From Gammaproteobacteria bacterium (GTDB lineage: Bacteria; Pseudomonadota; Gammaproteobacteria; SZUA-140), in contig JADJWH010000001.1 of the NCBI GenBank assembly GCA_016716465.1, positions 685,414 to 749,413 of the forward strand: DNA of 64,000 bases, given 5' to 3'. Under the pieces are notes generated by a model, which was not told the DNA's origin, did not search any database, and worked only from the letters and a program-made list of their open reading frames with translations. Positions 54,234 to 64,000 of the stretch are shown in pieces. Both the position numbers and the translations under genes were made by a program. Every line of letters starts with the position of its first letter. The first letter of the stretch is position 1.

Positions 54234-55400
54234 ATGTACAAGATTCTGACCCTGAATAACATATCCGTCGTCGGGCTCGAGCGGTTTCCGCGCGAATCGT
54301 ACGAGATCGCATCCGAGATCCAGCATCCGGACGCGATCCTGCTGCGTTCGTTCAAGATGCACGGCATGGCGCTTCCCGAAACGCTGAAGGCGGTCGGACG
54401 GGCGGGAGCGGGTGTGAACAATATTCCCGTTCCTGAGCTGAGCAAGCGCGGCATACCCGTGTTCAACGCCCCGGGGGCGAACGCCAATGCGGTGAAGGAA
54501 CTGGTCGTCGCCGGCATGCTGCTCGCCTGCCGCAACATCTGCCAGGCCTGGGATTTCGCCCGCAACCTGGAAGGCGACGATGAATCCATCGGAAAGCAGG
54601 CCGAGGCGGGCAAGAAGGACTACGTCGGTTTCGAGTTGCCGGGCCGCACCCTCGGGGTGATCGGACTCGGCGCGATCGGCATCAAGGTCGCCAATGTCGC
54701 CATCGATCTCGGCATGCGCGTGATCGGTTATGACCCCAAGATCACGGTGCAGAGCGCCTGGCGGCTGTCTTCCGAGGTACAGCAGGCCGCAAGCCTCGAC
54801 GACATGCTCACGAAGGTCGATTTCGTCACCTTCCACGTGCCGCTGAACGACGAGACCCGCGGCATGATCAATACGGACCGCCTCAAGCGCATGAAGAATG
54901 GCGCGGTGATCCTGAACTTTGCCCGCGAAGGCATCGTCGACACCGCCGCGGTACGCGCGGCCATCGACGCCGGCAAGATCTATTCCTATGTGTGTGATTT
55001 CCCCAGCCATGAACTGAAGGGCCACAAGCGAGTGATCGCCTTGCCGCACCTTGGCGCCTCCACCGATGAGGCGGAAGAGAACTGCGCCGTCATGGTGGCG
55101 GATCAGGTGCGCGACTACCTCGAGAACGGCAACATCTTCAACGCGGTCAATTTCCCGGAGGTGCAGATGCCGCGCACCGAGGGTTACCGGATCGGCATCG
55201 CCAACGCCAATGTACCCAATATGGTCGGCCAGATTTCGACCGTGATGGCGCAGGCGGGCCTGAACATCATCGACCTGCTCAACAAATCACGCGGCGAAAT
55301 CGCCTACACCCTGGCCGACGTCGACCGCAAGATCCCCATCGAAGTCATCGAAGGCATCCGCAAGATCGACGGGGTGCTGAATGTGCGGGTCATTGATTAA
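54234..55400 (+). CDS. serA: D-3-phosphoglycerate dehydrogenase-like 2-hydroxyacid dehydrogenase with a C-terminal ACT domain
   Basis: GVIGLGAIGIKVA NAD-binding motif; ACT-like C-terminus. Confidence 0.75.
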   Translation: MYKILTLNNISVVGLERFPRESYEIASEIQHPDAILLRSFKMHGMALPETLKAVGRAGAGVNNIPVPELSKRGIPVFNAPGANANAVKELVVAGMLLACRNICQAWDFARNLEGDDESIGKQAEAGKKDYVGFELPGRTLGVIGLGAIGIKVANVAIDLGMRVIGYDPKITVQSAWRLSSEVQQAASLDDMLTKVDFVTFHVPLNDETRGMINTDRLKRMKNGAVILNFAREGIVDTAAVRAAIDAGKIYSYVCDFPSHELKGHKRVIALPHLGASTDEAEENCAVMVADQVRDYLENGNIFNAVNFPEVQMPRTEGYRIGIANANVPNMVGQISTVMAQAGLNIIDLLNKSRGEIAYTLADVDRKIPIEVIEGIRKIDGVLNVRVID

Positions 55401-55405
55401 AAAAT

Positions 55406-55547
55406 CAGGACTTAGGACTCAGGACTAAGGACTAAGTTAAATGCCAATAATAAAAAATAAATCCAAAGCAGCCGAGCGATTTGTTTCAGGCGCTAAATTT
55501 AGCCTGCGTGTTTTCACTCAGTCCTTAGTCCTGAGTCCTTAGTCCTG
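55406..55547. repeat. Inverted GGACTNA heptamer arrays bracketing the serA-pheA spacer (which holds the inner palindrome gctaaatttagc)
   Basis: caggacttaggactcaggactaaggactaag ... cactcagtccttagtcctgagtccttagtcctg. Confidence 0.65.
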
Positions 55548-55557
55548 TATTTTGATC

Positions 55558-56640
55558 ATGTCCGACGAAGACCTGCTGAAAACCATCCGCGCCCGCATCG
55601 ATCAGATCGACGGGAAGCTGCAGGAGCTGATCACCGAGCGGGCGCGATGCGCGCTCGAGGTGGCGCGGCTCAAGCATGCCTCCGGCGATATGGATTACTA
55701 TCGGCCGGAGCGCGAGGCGCAGGTGCTGCAGACGGTGCTCGGTCGCAACCAGGGGCCGCTCGACGACGAAGTGGTGGTGCGCCTGTTCCGCGAGATCATG
55801 TCTGCCTGCCTGGCGCTGCAGCGCCCGATCGCCGTGGCCTATCTCGGACCGGAAGGCACCTTCACCGAGGCCGCGGTATTCAAGCATTTTGGCCAGGCGG
55901 TGAGCGCGCGCCCGCTGGCCGCCATCGACGAGGTCTTCCGCGACGTCGAAGCAGGCGCCGTGGATTACGGTGTGGTTCCGATCGAAAACTCCTCCGAGGG
56001 GGCGGTCGATCACACGCTCGACATGTTCATGAGTTCTCCGCTGAAGATCTGCAGCGAGATCGAGTTGCGTATTCATCACAATCTGATGGGCAAGGCGGAC
56101 GCGACGGGCGGGATCAATCGTGTCTATGCGCACCAGATGGCCCTGGCGCAGTGCCGCGAATGGCTCAACGCGCACCTCTCCGGCGTCGAATGCATCCCGG
56201 TCAGCAGCAACGCCGAGGCCGCGCGTCGGGCGCAGGAGGAAGCGGGCGCGGCCGCGATCGCCGGCACCAACGCGGCCGCCATCTACGGCCTGGAGATTCT
56301 CTCGTCCAATATCGAGGACAAGCCGGACAACACGACCCGCTTCCTGGTGATCGGTCGCAAAATCCCCGCGCCGAGCGGACGCGACAAGACTTCCCTGCTG
56401 GTCTCCACGTCCAACAAGCCCGGCGCGCTTTATCGCCTGCTGAAACCCCTGGCTGAACACGGGATTTCCATGAGCCGTATCGAATCGCGGCCTTCCCGGC
56501 GCGAGATGTGGGAATATGTCTTTTTCATCGACATCGAGGGCCATGCCCAGGACGAGAAGGTGGCGGCGGTCATCCGGATCCTGGAAAATGAGGCGGCTGT
56601 GCTCAAGGTGCTGGGTTCGTACCCCTGCGCCGTGTTGTAG
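55558..56640 (+). CDS. pheA: Bifunctional chorismate mutase / prephenate dehydratase
   Basis: MSDEDLLKTIRARIDQIDGKLQELI (chorismate mutase domain)...prephenate dehydratase domain...ACT domain. Confidence 0.9.
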   Translation: MSDEDLLKTIRARIDQIDGKLQELITERARCALEVARLKHASGDMDYYRPEREAQVLQTVLGRNQGPLDDEVVVRLFREIMSACLALQRPIAVAYLGPEGTFTEAAVFKHFGQAVSARPLAAIDEVFRDVEAGAVDYGVVPIENSSEGAVDHTLDMFMSSPLKICSEIELRIHHNLMGKADATGGINRVYAHQMALAQCREWLNAHLSGVECIPVSSNAEAARRAQEEAGAAAIAGTNAAAIYGLEILSSNIEDKPDNTTRFLVIGRKIPAPSGRDKTSLLVSTSNKPGALYRLLKPLAEHGISMSRIESRPSRREMWEYVFFIDIEGHAQDEKVAAVIRILENEAAVLKVLGSYPCAVL

Positions 56641-56710
56641 GGGACGGACTGAAGTCCGTCCCCATGAACGCTCATAAACTGAGTCGGGGACGGATTTGAG
56701 ATCCGTCCCC
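56640..56710. repeat. Two REP-like palindromes carrying compensatory arm substitutions (GGGGACGGA...TCCGTCCCC)
   Basis: ggggacggactgaagtccgtcccc and ggggacggatttgagatccgtcccc. An A-to-G change in the left arm is matched by a T-to-C change in the right arm. Confidence 0.75.
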
Positions 56711-56730
56711 GACACCTAAATTACACCTGA

Positions 56731-57768
56731 ATGAAACAGGCGCAACAAATGATCATCATCATGAAAGCCAGTTCGACCGAGCCGCAGATCGAGGCGGTGG
56801 AGAATCATCTGCGTTCGCTTGGACTGCAACCACACACTTCCCGCGGCATGCAGCGCACCGTCATCGGTGCGATCGGCGACGAACGTGAGATCGACCTGGA
56901 CCGGATCGGTGTACAGGACGGGGTGGAACGCGTCGTGCGGGTGATGAAGCCCTATAAGTTCGTGTCGCGCGAATCGCACGAACAGGACACCGTCATCGAC
57001 GTCAAGGGGATCCCGATCGGCGGCAAGACGATACAGATCATCGGCGGGCCCTGCTCGGTGGAGACGCCGGAACAGATGGAGGCCGCCGCCGCCGGAGTCG
57101 CCGCCGCCGGTTGCCGCCTGATGCGGGGCGGAGCATTCAAGCCGCGCACCAGCCCGTATTCCTTCCAGGGCAAGGGGGTCGACGGACTGGCCATGTTCCG
57201 CACGGCCGCGGCCCGTCACCAGCTGCCCATCGTCACCGAGCTGATGGACGTGCGCATGCTGGATACCTTTCTCGAGCAGAAGGTCGATGTCATCCAGATC
57301 GGCACCCGCAACATGCAGAACTTCGACCTGCTCAAGGAGGTCGGGCGCAGCACCCATACGCCGGTGATCCTCAAGCGCGGCCTGTGCGCCACGATATCGG
57401 AATGGCTGATGGCCGCGGAGTACATCGCCGCCGGCGGCAACCATAACATCATCTTCTGTGAACGCGGCGTCCGGTCTTTCGAGGATGCCTACCGCAACAT
57501 GCTCGACGTCACCGCGGTGCCGGTGCTCAAGCGCGAGACCCATCTGCCGGTACTGATCGACCCCAGCCATGCGGGCGGCAAGGCCTGGATGGTGCCGGCG
57601 TTGTCGCGCGCGGCGATCGCCGCCGGCGCCGACGGCCTCCTGGTGGAGATGCATCCCAACCCGCCGGCGGCCTGGTCGGACGCCGACCAGGCCCTCAGTC
57701 CGCGCGAGTTGGCGGATTTGATGGTCGAGCTGCGCGGCATCGCCCGGGTGCTGGGGCGCGATCTCTAG
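56731..57768 (+). CDS. 3-deoxy-7-phosphoheptulonate synthase (type I-beta), paralogue 2, in the aromatic amino acid operon
   Basis: GGPCSVE...GAFKPRTSPYSFQG...IDPSHAGG. Confidence 0.85.
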   Translation: MKQAQQMIIIMKASSTEPQIEAVENHLRSLGLQPHTSRGMQRTVIGAIGDEREIDLDRIGVQDGVERVVRVMKPYKFVSRESHEQDTVIDVKGIPIGGKTIQIIGGPCSVETPEQMEAAAAGVAAAGCRLMRGGAFKPRTSPYSFQGKGVDGLAMFRTAAARHQLPIVTELMDVRMLDTFLEQKVDVIQIGTRNMQNFDLLKEVGRSTHTPVILKRGLCATISEWLMAAEYIAAGGNHNIIFCERGVRSFEDAYRNMLDVTAVPVLKRETHLPVLIDPSHAGGKAWMVPALSRAAIAAGADGLLVEMHPNPPAAWSDADQALSPRELADLMVELRGIARVLGRDL

Positions 57769-57792
57769 CGCGTCGACCCGCGCCGCCCCGAC

Positions 57793-58689
57793 ATGTCCCT
57801 TGCCGCTCCCGCACAACGACTGACCATCATCGGCGTCGGCCTCATCGGGGGTTCCCTCGCGCGGGCGCTTCGACGCGAGCATCCGGGTATCGAGGTCATC
57901 GGTTGCGGCCGGCATTTGCCCAATCTGGAGCGCGCGCGGGAACTGGGCGTCATCGATCGTTACGAGACCGACCCGGGACGCGCCGTTGAAGGTTCAGACC
58001 TGGTTGTGGTGGCCGTGCCGGTCGGCGCCATCGGACCGATATTCGCGGCGATCGCCGGCCATCTCGCCGACGGCGCCGTCGTCACCGACGTCGGCAGCAC
58101 CAAGGGGAACATCGTGGATGCCGCGCGCCGCAGCCTGGGCGTGCGGCTGGCGGATTTCGTCCCTGGACACCCCATCGCGGGCACGGAACGCAGCGGCGTC
58201 GAGGCCTCGTTCGCGGAACTGTTTCAAGGCTGCCGGGTAATCCTGACACCGCTTGCGGAGACGCGCCGAACGGCGCTCGAACGCGTGCGCGCGCTGTGGT
58301 CACTCGCGGGCGCGCGCGTAAGCGACATGGACGTGCGGCACCATGATGAAGTCCTGGCCGCCACCAGTCACCTGCCGCACCTGCTCGCCTATACACTGGT
58401 GGACACCCTGGCTCGCATGGACGACAGCGAGGAGATCTTCGACTACGCCGCGGGTGGCTTCCGGGATTTCACCCGCATCGCATCCTCCGATCCGGCCCTG
58501 TGGCGCGATATCAGCATCGCCAACCGCGACGCGATGCTCGATACGGTCCAACGCTTCACGGATAACCTTGCCGCCGTCACAGAGGCGCTGCAGCGCAACG
58601 ATGGCGATACGCTGATGAAGGTGTTCGCGCGCGCGAAGGAGGTGAGGGATCGGTTCGCGGAAAAGGGCAAAGTGAAGAGCGAGGAATGA
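57793..58689 (+). CDS. tyrA: Prephenate/arogenate dehydrogenase
   Basis: LTIIGVGLIGGSLARAL. Confidence 0.85.
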   Translation: MSLAAPAQRLTIIGVGLIGGSLARALRREHPGIEVIGCGRHLPNLERARELGVIDRYETDPGRAVEGSDLVVVAVPVGAIGPIFAAIAGHLADGAVVTDVGSTKGNIVDAARRSLGVRLADFVPGHPIAGTERSGVEASFAELFQGCRVILTPLAETRRTALERVRALWSLAGARVSDMDVRHHDEVLAATSHLPHLLAYTLVDTLARMDDSEEIFDYAAGGFRDFTRIASSDPALWRDISIANRDAMLDTVQRFTDNLAAVTEALQRNDGDTLMKVFARAKEVRDRFAEKGKVKSEE

Positions 58690-58693
58690 AACG

Positions 58694-58764
58694 TTAGGTG
58701 ATGAGTGAAGGGTGATGGGTGATCATAACCAGTTCATTGACCCATCACCCATCACCCATAACCA
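58694..58764. repeat. GGTGATG heptamer-array hairpin between tyrA and aroA
   Basis: ttaggtgatgagtgaagggtgatgggtgatcataacc ... gacccatcacccatcacccataacc. Confidence 0.65.
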
Positions 58765-58778
58765 TCTTCAAAGTTGCA

Positions 58779-60188
58779 ATGACGACTAAAGAACATATCT
58801 TCGACATCACCCCCGGCGGCCGCCTGAGCGGTGAAATCCGCGTTCCCGGCGACAAGTCGATTTCGCACCGCTCCATCATGTTCGGCTCGCTGGCCGAGGG
58901 AGTCACCGAGGTGGAGGGGTTCCTGGAGGGTGAGGACAGCCTGGCGACACTGGCGGCGTTCCGCCGCATGGGTGTCGCCATCGACGGGCCGGCACAGGGG
59001 CGGGTCACCATTCGCGGCGCAGGCATGCGCGGGCTGAGTGCGCCCGACGGCCCGCTCGATCTGGGCAATTCCGGGACCTCGATGCGCCTGATGGCCGGGC
59101 TGTTGTCCGCGCAGTCCTTCGATACTGAACTGACCGGCGACGCCTCGCTGTCGCGCCGGCCGATGCGCCGGGTGACACAACCGCTGGCATCGATGGGCGC
59201 GCGTATCGAGACGGAGGCCGCGGGCACGCCGCCGCTGCGCATTCGCGGCGGATCGCCGCTGCGCGGCATACGCTACGACATGCCGGTCGCAAGCGCCCAG
59301 GTCAAATCCGCGCTGCTGCTGGCCGGGCTCTATGCCGACGGCGAGACCTGCGTGACCGAGCCCGCGCCCACGCGCGATCACACCGAACGCATGCTGACCG
59401 CCTTCGGTTATCTGGTCACGCGCCACCACAACACCGTCTGCGTGAAGGGCGGAGGGCGGCTCAATCCGACCCGCATTGCGATCCCGGCGGATATTTCCTC
59501 GGCGGCGTTCTTCCTGGTCGGAGCCGCGATTGCGCCGGGGTCCGACGCGACGCTGACCGATGTCGGCATCAATCCGACGCGCATCGGCGTGATCAACATC
59601 CTGCAGCAGATGGGCGCGCGCATCGATATCCTCAACAAGCGCATGTTCGGCGGCGAACCGGTGGCCGACCTGCGCGTGCGCGCGGGCATGCTCAAGGGCA
59701 TCGACATCCCGATCGAGCAGGTCCCGCTGGCGATCGATGAATTTCCCGCACTCTTCATCGCCGCGGCCTGCGCCGAAGGCCGGACGGTGCTGACCGGCGC
59801 GGAGGAACTGCGCGTCAAGGAAAGCGACCGCATCCAGGTCATGGCCGACGGCCTGCGGCGGCTGGGCGTCATGGCCGAGCCGACGCCGGACGGGATTGTC
59901 ATCGAAGGGAAGGGCGTAGCCGGTGCCAAGGGGACAGATTTAAAATCTGTCCCCAATGGCGCAACTTCTGTCCCCGAACATCAGGCGGTATTTTCCGGTG
60001 GTGAGGTCGAGAGCCACGGCGATCACCGCATCGCGATGGCCTTCGCGGTGGCCGGCTTTCGTGCCGCAGGCCCGATTCGCATCCGCGACTGCAAGAATGT
60101 GGATACCTCGTTCCCGGGGTTCGTGGGACTGGCGCGGAAATCCGGATTAAAAATCAAAACACAGGACTTAGGACTCGGGACTGAGTGA
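58779..60188 (+). CDS. aroA: 3-phosphoshikimate 1-carboxyvinyltransferase (EPSP synthase) carrying an in-frame ~24-aa repeat-derived insertion
   Basis: ITPGGRLSGEIRVPGDKSISHRSIMFGSLA...SHGDHRIAMAF. The insertion KGTDLKSVPNGATSVP is encoded by a REP copy. The last 8 codons and the stop are encoded by a heptamer array. Confidence 0.9.
   Translation: MTTKEHIFDITPGGRLSGEIRVPGDKSISHRSIMFGSLAEGVTEVEGFLEGEDSLATLAAFRRMGVAIDGPAQGRVTIRGAGMRGLSAPDGPLDLGNSGTSMRLMAGLLSAQSFDTELTGDASLSRRPMRRVTQPLASMGARIETEAAGTPPLRIRGGSPLRGIRYDMPVASAQVKSALLLAGLYADGETCVTEPAPTRDHTERMLTAFGYLVTRHHNTVCVKGGGRLNPTRIAIPADISSAAFFLVGAAIAPGSDATLTDVGINPTRIGVINILQQMGARIDILNKRMFGGEPVADLRVRAGMLKGIDIPIEQVPLAIDEFPALFIAAACAEGRTVLTGAEELRVKESDRIQVMADGLRRLGVMAEPTPDGIVIEGKGVAGAKGTDLKSVPNGATSVPEHQAVFSGGEVESHGDHRIAMAFAVAGFRAAGPIRIRDCKNVDTSFPGFVGLARKSGLKIKTQDLGLGTE
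59930..59975. repeat. REP-like palindrome plus a duplicated right arm, inserted in-frame within aroA
   Basis: ggggacagatttaaaatctgtcccc aatggcgcaa cttctgtcccc. Confidence 0.8.
60162..60187. repeat. GGACTNA heptamer array encoding the aroA C-terminus and stop
   Basis: caggacttaggactcgggactgagtga reads Q D L G L G T E stop. Confidence 0.6.
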
Positions 60189-60305
60189 AAATACAAAAAT
60201 TCAAAGGATCGAAGAAAGGCGGGTCACCTTCAGGCCGTGATTCCCATCGCGAGTTCTTCATAAACTTAATCCTTATCTCAAATCCCTAACGTCTTGTTTG
60301 CAGTT

Positions 60306-60986
60306 ATGGTTGATTCAGTTCCAGTCATCACCGTCGACGGCCCCGGGGGAGTGGGGAAGGGGACGGTCAGCCGCATCGTTGCGGCGCGGCTGGGCTGGCA
60401 CCTGCTGGACAGCGGGGCCCTGTATCGTCTGGTCGGGCTGAGCGCCCTGAAACGGGGCGTCGCGCTGGATGACGAGGCGGCCGTGGCCGCGCTTAGCACC
60501 CACCTGGACGCGCAATTCACCGGTAACAGCGGCGATAATACCGTCATCACACTCGATAATGTCGACGTGAGCGACAAAATTCGTACGGAAAGCGTCGGTT
60601 CGGCAGCGTCCCGGGTAGCTGCTCTGCCCGCCGTGCGCGAGGCCCTGCTGGAACGTCAGCGTCGGTTTTGCCGCCCGCCGGGCCTGGTGGCCGATGGCCG
60701 TGACATGGGGACGGTGGTGTTTCCGGGCGCCCAACTCAAGGTCTTTCTGCAGGCCAGTCGGGAAGAACGGGCATCAAGGCGTTATAAACAGTTGAAGGAC
60801 AAGGGAATCAGTGTTAGTCTTGATGCCCTTCTGAGGGAGATTGAGGAACGCGACGCGCGGGACAGCACCCGTCAGGTCGCACCGATGAGGCCGGCGGAAG
60901 GCGCGGTGATTATCGACACCACGCATATGGGTATCGCGGGCGTGGTGGAAAACATCCTGCGCGCCTGGAATGGGCGCCCGAATTGA
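60306..60986 (+). CDS. cmk: Cytidylate kinase
   Basis: VITVDGPGGVGKGTVSRIVAARLGWHLLDSGALYR. Confidence 0.9.
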   Translation: MVDSVPVITVDGPGGVGKGTVSRIVAARLGWHLLDSGALYRLVGLSALKRGVALDDEAAVAALSTHLDAQFTGNSGDNTVITLDNVDVSDKIRTESVGSAASRVAALPAVREALLERQRRFCRPPGLVADGRDMGTVVFPGAQLKVFLQASREERASRRYKQLKDKGISVSLDALLREIEERDARDSTRQVAPMRPAEGAVIIDTTHMGIAGVVENILRAWNGRPN

Positions 60987-61166
60987 TTCACCGTCGGCCT
61001 ATTCTTCAGCCGTTCCCGCAGTTTAAGGTGGTAAAGGCAGTCAGGTAAAAGGTGCCCGCCGTCGGGACACAGGTCTCGTGGCGCGGCTGACATTAAATCG
61101 TCTGCACACGCAGACACAACCAAGGGAATTGCCCGGCGCAGGCCGCGGCAAGGAAACGTAACCCCA

Positions 61167-62837
61167 ATGAGTGAAAGCTTCGCAGAACTTTTTGAACAGA
61201 CACAGATAGACAAGCAGATGCGTCCCGGCTCCATCGTCATCGGGACCGTCGTCATGGTCGGCTCCGACGTCGTCGTCGTGAACGCCGGCCTCAAGTCCGA
61301 GGGCATCATCCCCATCGAGCAGTTCATGACCGACGGCCGCGTCGCTGACGTGCGCGTCGGTGACGTGATCGAAGTCGCGCTCGATGCCGTCGAGGACGGC
61401 TCCGGGGAAACCCGCCTCTCCCGCGAGAAGGCCCGCCGCATCAAGCAGTGGGACCTGCTCGACCAGGTCATGGAGAAGGGCGACAAGGTCGTCGGACGGA
61501 TCAGCGGCAAGGTCAAGGGCGGCTTCACCGTCGACATCGGCGACATCCGCGCGTTCCTGCCCGGCTCGCTGGTCGACATTCGGCCGGTGCGCGATCTCAC
61601 TCATCTGGAAGGCAAGGATCTCGAATTCAAGATCGTCAAGATCGACCGCAAGCGCAACAACGTTGTCGTGTCCCGCCGCGCCGTGGTCGAGAGCGAAGGC
61701 AGCGCCGAGCGCGAGGCCCTGCTCTCCAACCTGGAGGAAGGCCAGGTGGTCAAGGGCGTGGTCAAGAACCTCACCGATTACGGCGCGTTCATCGACCTCG
61801 GCGGCATCGACGGCCTGCTGCACATTACCGATATGGCGTGGAAGCGCATCAAGCAACCGTCCGACATCGTCAATATCGGCGACGAGATCGATGTCAAGGT
61901 GCTCAAGTTCGACCGCGAGCGCAACCGCGTCTCGCTGGGCCTCAAGCAGCTGGGCGAGGATCCGTGGGAGAATCTCACCCGGCGTTACCCGGTGGGCGCC
62001 AAGGTCTTCGGCAAGGTCACCAACATCGCCGACTACGGCTGCTTCGTCGAGATCGAAGAGGGCGTGGAAGGCCTGGTGCACGTTTCCGAGATGGACTGGA
62101 CCAACAAGAACATCCATCCCTCCAAGGTTGTTCACCTGGGCGACGAGATCGAAGTCATGGTGCTCGACATCGACGTCGATCGCCGCCGCATTTCGCTCGG
62201 CATCAAGCAGTGCCAGTCGAACCCGTGGGAGGATTTTGCCAGCCGCCACAACAAGGGCGACAAGATCTCGGGCGTGATCAAGTCGATCACGGATTTCGGC
62301 ATCTTTGTCGGCCTGGAAGGCGGTATCGACGGCCTGCTGCATCTGTCGGACCTGTCCTGGAACGCCGCGGGCGAAGAGGCGGTGCACAATTACAAGAAGG
62401 GCGACGAGATCGAGACCGTGATTCTGGCGATCGATCCCGAGCGCGAACGCATCTCGCTCGGCATCAAGCAGCTCGAGCGCGACCCCTTCGAGCTCTATGT
62501 CGCTGAACACCCCAAGGGCAGCATCGTGACCGGCAAGGTCACCACGATCGACGCCAAGGGTGTGACCGTGCAGCTGGCGGACAGCGTGGAGGGCTACATC
62601 CGCTCGGCCGACCTGTCGCGTGAGCGTATCGACGATCCCCATACCGTGGTCAGCGTCGGCCATGAGGTGGAGGCGAAGTTCACCGGCGTGAACCGCAAGA
62701 ACCACACCATCATGCTCTCGATCAAGGCGAAGGACGAGCATGAAGAAGCTGAAGCGGTCAGGGAATACAGCCGTTCCGCATCCGAATCCGGCGGCGCGAC
62801 GCTGGGGGATCTGATCAAGGAACAGCTCGACAAATAA
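61167..62837 (+). CDS. rpsA: 30S ribosomal protein S1
   Basis: Six S1 repeats; [11 protein letters not shown]. Confidence 0.97.
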   Translation: MSESFAELFEQTQIDKQMRPGSIVIGTVVMVGSDVVVVNAGLKSEGIIPIEQFMTDGRVADVRVGDVIEVALDAVEDGSGETRLSREKARRIKQWDLLDQVMEKGDKVVGRISGKVKGGFTVDIGDIRAFLPGSLVDIRPVRDLTHLEGKDLEFKIVKIDRKRNNVVVSRRAVVESEGSAEREALLSNLEEGQVVKGVVKNLTDYGAFIDLGGIDGLLHITDMAWKRIKQPSDIVNIGDEIDVKVLKFDRERNRVSLGLKQLGEDPWENLTRRYPVGAKVFGKVTNIADYGCFVEIEEGVEGLVHVSEMDWTNKNIHPSKVVHLGDEIEVMVLDIDVDRRRISLGIKQCQSNPWEDFASRHNKGDKISGVIKSITDFGIFVGLEGGIDGLLHLSDLSWNAAGEEAVHNYKKGDEIETVILAIDPERERISLGIKQLERDPFELYVAEHPKGSIVTGKVTTIDAKGVTVQLADSVEGYIRSADLSRERIDDPHTVVSVGHEVEAKFTGVNRKNHTIMLSIKAKDEHEEAEAVREYSRSASESGGATLGDLIKEQLDK

Positions 62838-62946
62838 AAAAACAGTGCGACGATCCCACAGGGATGTGGGCATCGGCACGCGAATGTAACGGGTTTCGTT
62901 GGATAACGGGTAGTTAGGGATAATTCCGGTATTGGGGGCCACTGTA

Positions 62947-63285
62947 ATGACGAAATCGGAACTAATAGAAATAATCGCGCAACGACAGAAGCATCTTTCC
63001 TATAAGGACATCGAGTTCGCGGTAAAAACAATGATCGAACAGATGGCGCAGTCGCTGGCCAGCGGCGAACGCATCGAGATTCGCGGCTTCGGCAGCTTTT
63101 CCCTGCATTACCGCCCCCCCAGGATGGGACGCAACCCCAAGACCGGTGAGGCCGTTCCTCTGGAGGGCAAACACGTGCCCCATTTCAAACCCGGCAAGGA
63201 ACTGCGCGAACGCGTCAACAGCGGACCGGCGCAGGAGAAATCCAGACCAGGCGATCCGCAGATGATGTCGAGAGAGATGCAGTAA
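62947..63285 (+). CDS. ihfB: Integration host factor beta subunit
   Basis: [27 protein letters not shown]...[23 protein letters not shown]. Confidence 0.9.
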   Translation: MTKSELIEIIAQRQKHLSYKDIEFAVKTMIEQMAQSLASGERIEIRGFGSFSLHYRPPRMGRNPKTGEAVPLEGKHVPHFKPGKELRERVNSGPAQEKSRPGDPQMMSREMQ

Positions 63286-63341
63286 GGCCTAGTCCGCCGC
63301 CGGCCCGCGCGCCGCTCGCAACCCTGCGTCATTGAGGACGG

Positions 63342-63635
63342 ATGAAGCGCATTATCAGTCTGGTATTCTTCCTGGTCGTTCTGATCTGCGGCCTGTTCTT
63401 CGGGTTGTTGAACGCCGATCCAGTCAGGATCGACTATTATTTCGGCGCGCGTGAACTCCCTCTCGCACTGGTTCTGGTCATCACGCTGCTCGCGGGCGCC
63501 GTGTGCGGGGTGCTGGCCGCGCTGGGTGTGATCTTCAGGAAGAACCGCGAAATCGGGCGGTTGCGCAAGGAGATCAGGATCGCCGGCAAAGAACTGAGCA
63601 ATCTCCGCGCGCTTCCCTATCAAGACGAACACTGA
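63342..63635 (+). CDS. lapA: Lipopolysaccharide assembly protein A (DUF1049)
   Basis: Two TM helices, then a coiled-coil C-terminus; ATGA overlap with lapB. Confidence 0.7.
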   Translation: MKRIISLVFFLVVLICGLFFGLLNADPVRIDYYFGARELPLALVLVITLLAGAVCGVLAALGVIFRKNREIGRLRKEIRIAGKELSNLRALPYQDEH

Positions 63636-64000
63636 TGCCGCAGGAACTGTTGTGGCTGCTGTTGCCCGTGGCCGCCGCCTCGGGCTGGTTCGCCGCATAT
63701 CGATACCTGACCCGGGGGCGCACTCCGGGGATCCGCATCGAACCCGAGTACTTCAAGGGCATCAATTACCTCATCAACGAGCGCCCGGACAAGGCGATCG
63801 AGGTGCTGGTACAACTCGTCGAGATCGACAGCGAGACGGTCGAGCCGCATTTCGCCCTCGGTAACCTGTTTCGCCGCCAGGGGGAGGTCGATCGCGCAAT
63901 CCGCATTCACCAGAACCTCGTCGCGCGTCCGCAGTTGACCCGTGCGCAATCCAGTCGCGCCCTGTTCGAACTCGGCCGTGACTACTATCAGGCCGGGCTG
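63635..64000 (+). CDS. lapB: Lipopolysaccharide assembly protein B (partial; the TPR protein continues past the window)
   Basis: MPQELLWLLLPVAAASGWFAA, then TPR repeats ...ALGNLFRRQGEVDRAIRIHQNL. Confidence 0.7.
   Translation, partial: MPQELLWLLLPVAAASGWFAAYRYLTRGRTPGIRIEPEYFKGINYLINERPDKAIEVLVQLVEIDSETVEPHFALGNLFRRQGEVDRAIRIHQNLVARPQLTRAQSSRALFELGRDYYQAGL

Overview
High-GC (~65%) gammaproteobacterial chromosome segment, mostly housekeeping genes. Starting at the window's first base: dapE (partial); a complete urease cluster ureD-ureA-ureB-ureC-ureE/F-ureG in which UreE and UreF are read as a single 404-aa ORF; a DUF748-like membrane protein; a guanidine/urea nitrogen-scavenging module; a ~0.7 kb low-GC insert; dapD-dapC; a DMT transporter; pyrG-kdsA-eno-ftsB-ispD-ispF; a DAHP synthase paralogue; aguB-aguA; a c-di-GMP neighbourhood (GGDEF cyclase divergent from an orphan MshEN-domain GspE/PilB-like ATPase plus a lipoprotein); GNAT; cytochrome c5; hpnE-hpnD-hpnC; rmuC; gph-ubiG-mtaD; OmpA-like; mtnA; and the gyrA-serC-serA-pheA-aroF-tyrA-aroA-cmk-rpsA-ihfB-lapA-lapB block. 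The guanidine/urea module is the most interesting part. Two divergently oriented guanidine-I (ykkC-type) riboswitches sit back to back. One controls a NitT/TauT-type ABC transporter operon that ends in a translationally coupled M16 metallopeptidase. The other, also preceded by a sigma-54 motif, controls a 397-aa arginase-family hydrolase (GdmH-like guanidine hydrolase candidate). That hydrolase lies next to an outer-membrane beta-barrel gene, urtABCDE, and ~7 kb from urease. Several families of small structured repeats are interspersed through the window. The first is a 25-bp palindrome GGGGACAGATTT-N-AAATCTGTCCCC in about 16 copies, including 74-bp long-loop variants, copies sitting inside riboswitch hairpins, and one in-frame copy inside aroA. 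The second is a set of inverted arrays of tandem heptamers (GGACTNA, GGTGATG, GTGAGGN) that bracket intergenic spacers and donate the terminal codons of aroA and ubiG. The third is a CCCGGATT...ATCCGGG hairpin family. All calls are from reading the sequence and from protein-family memory; no searches were run.
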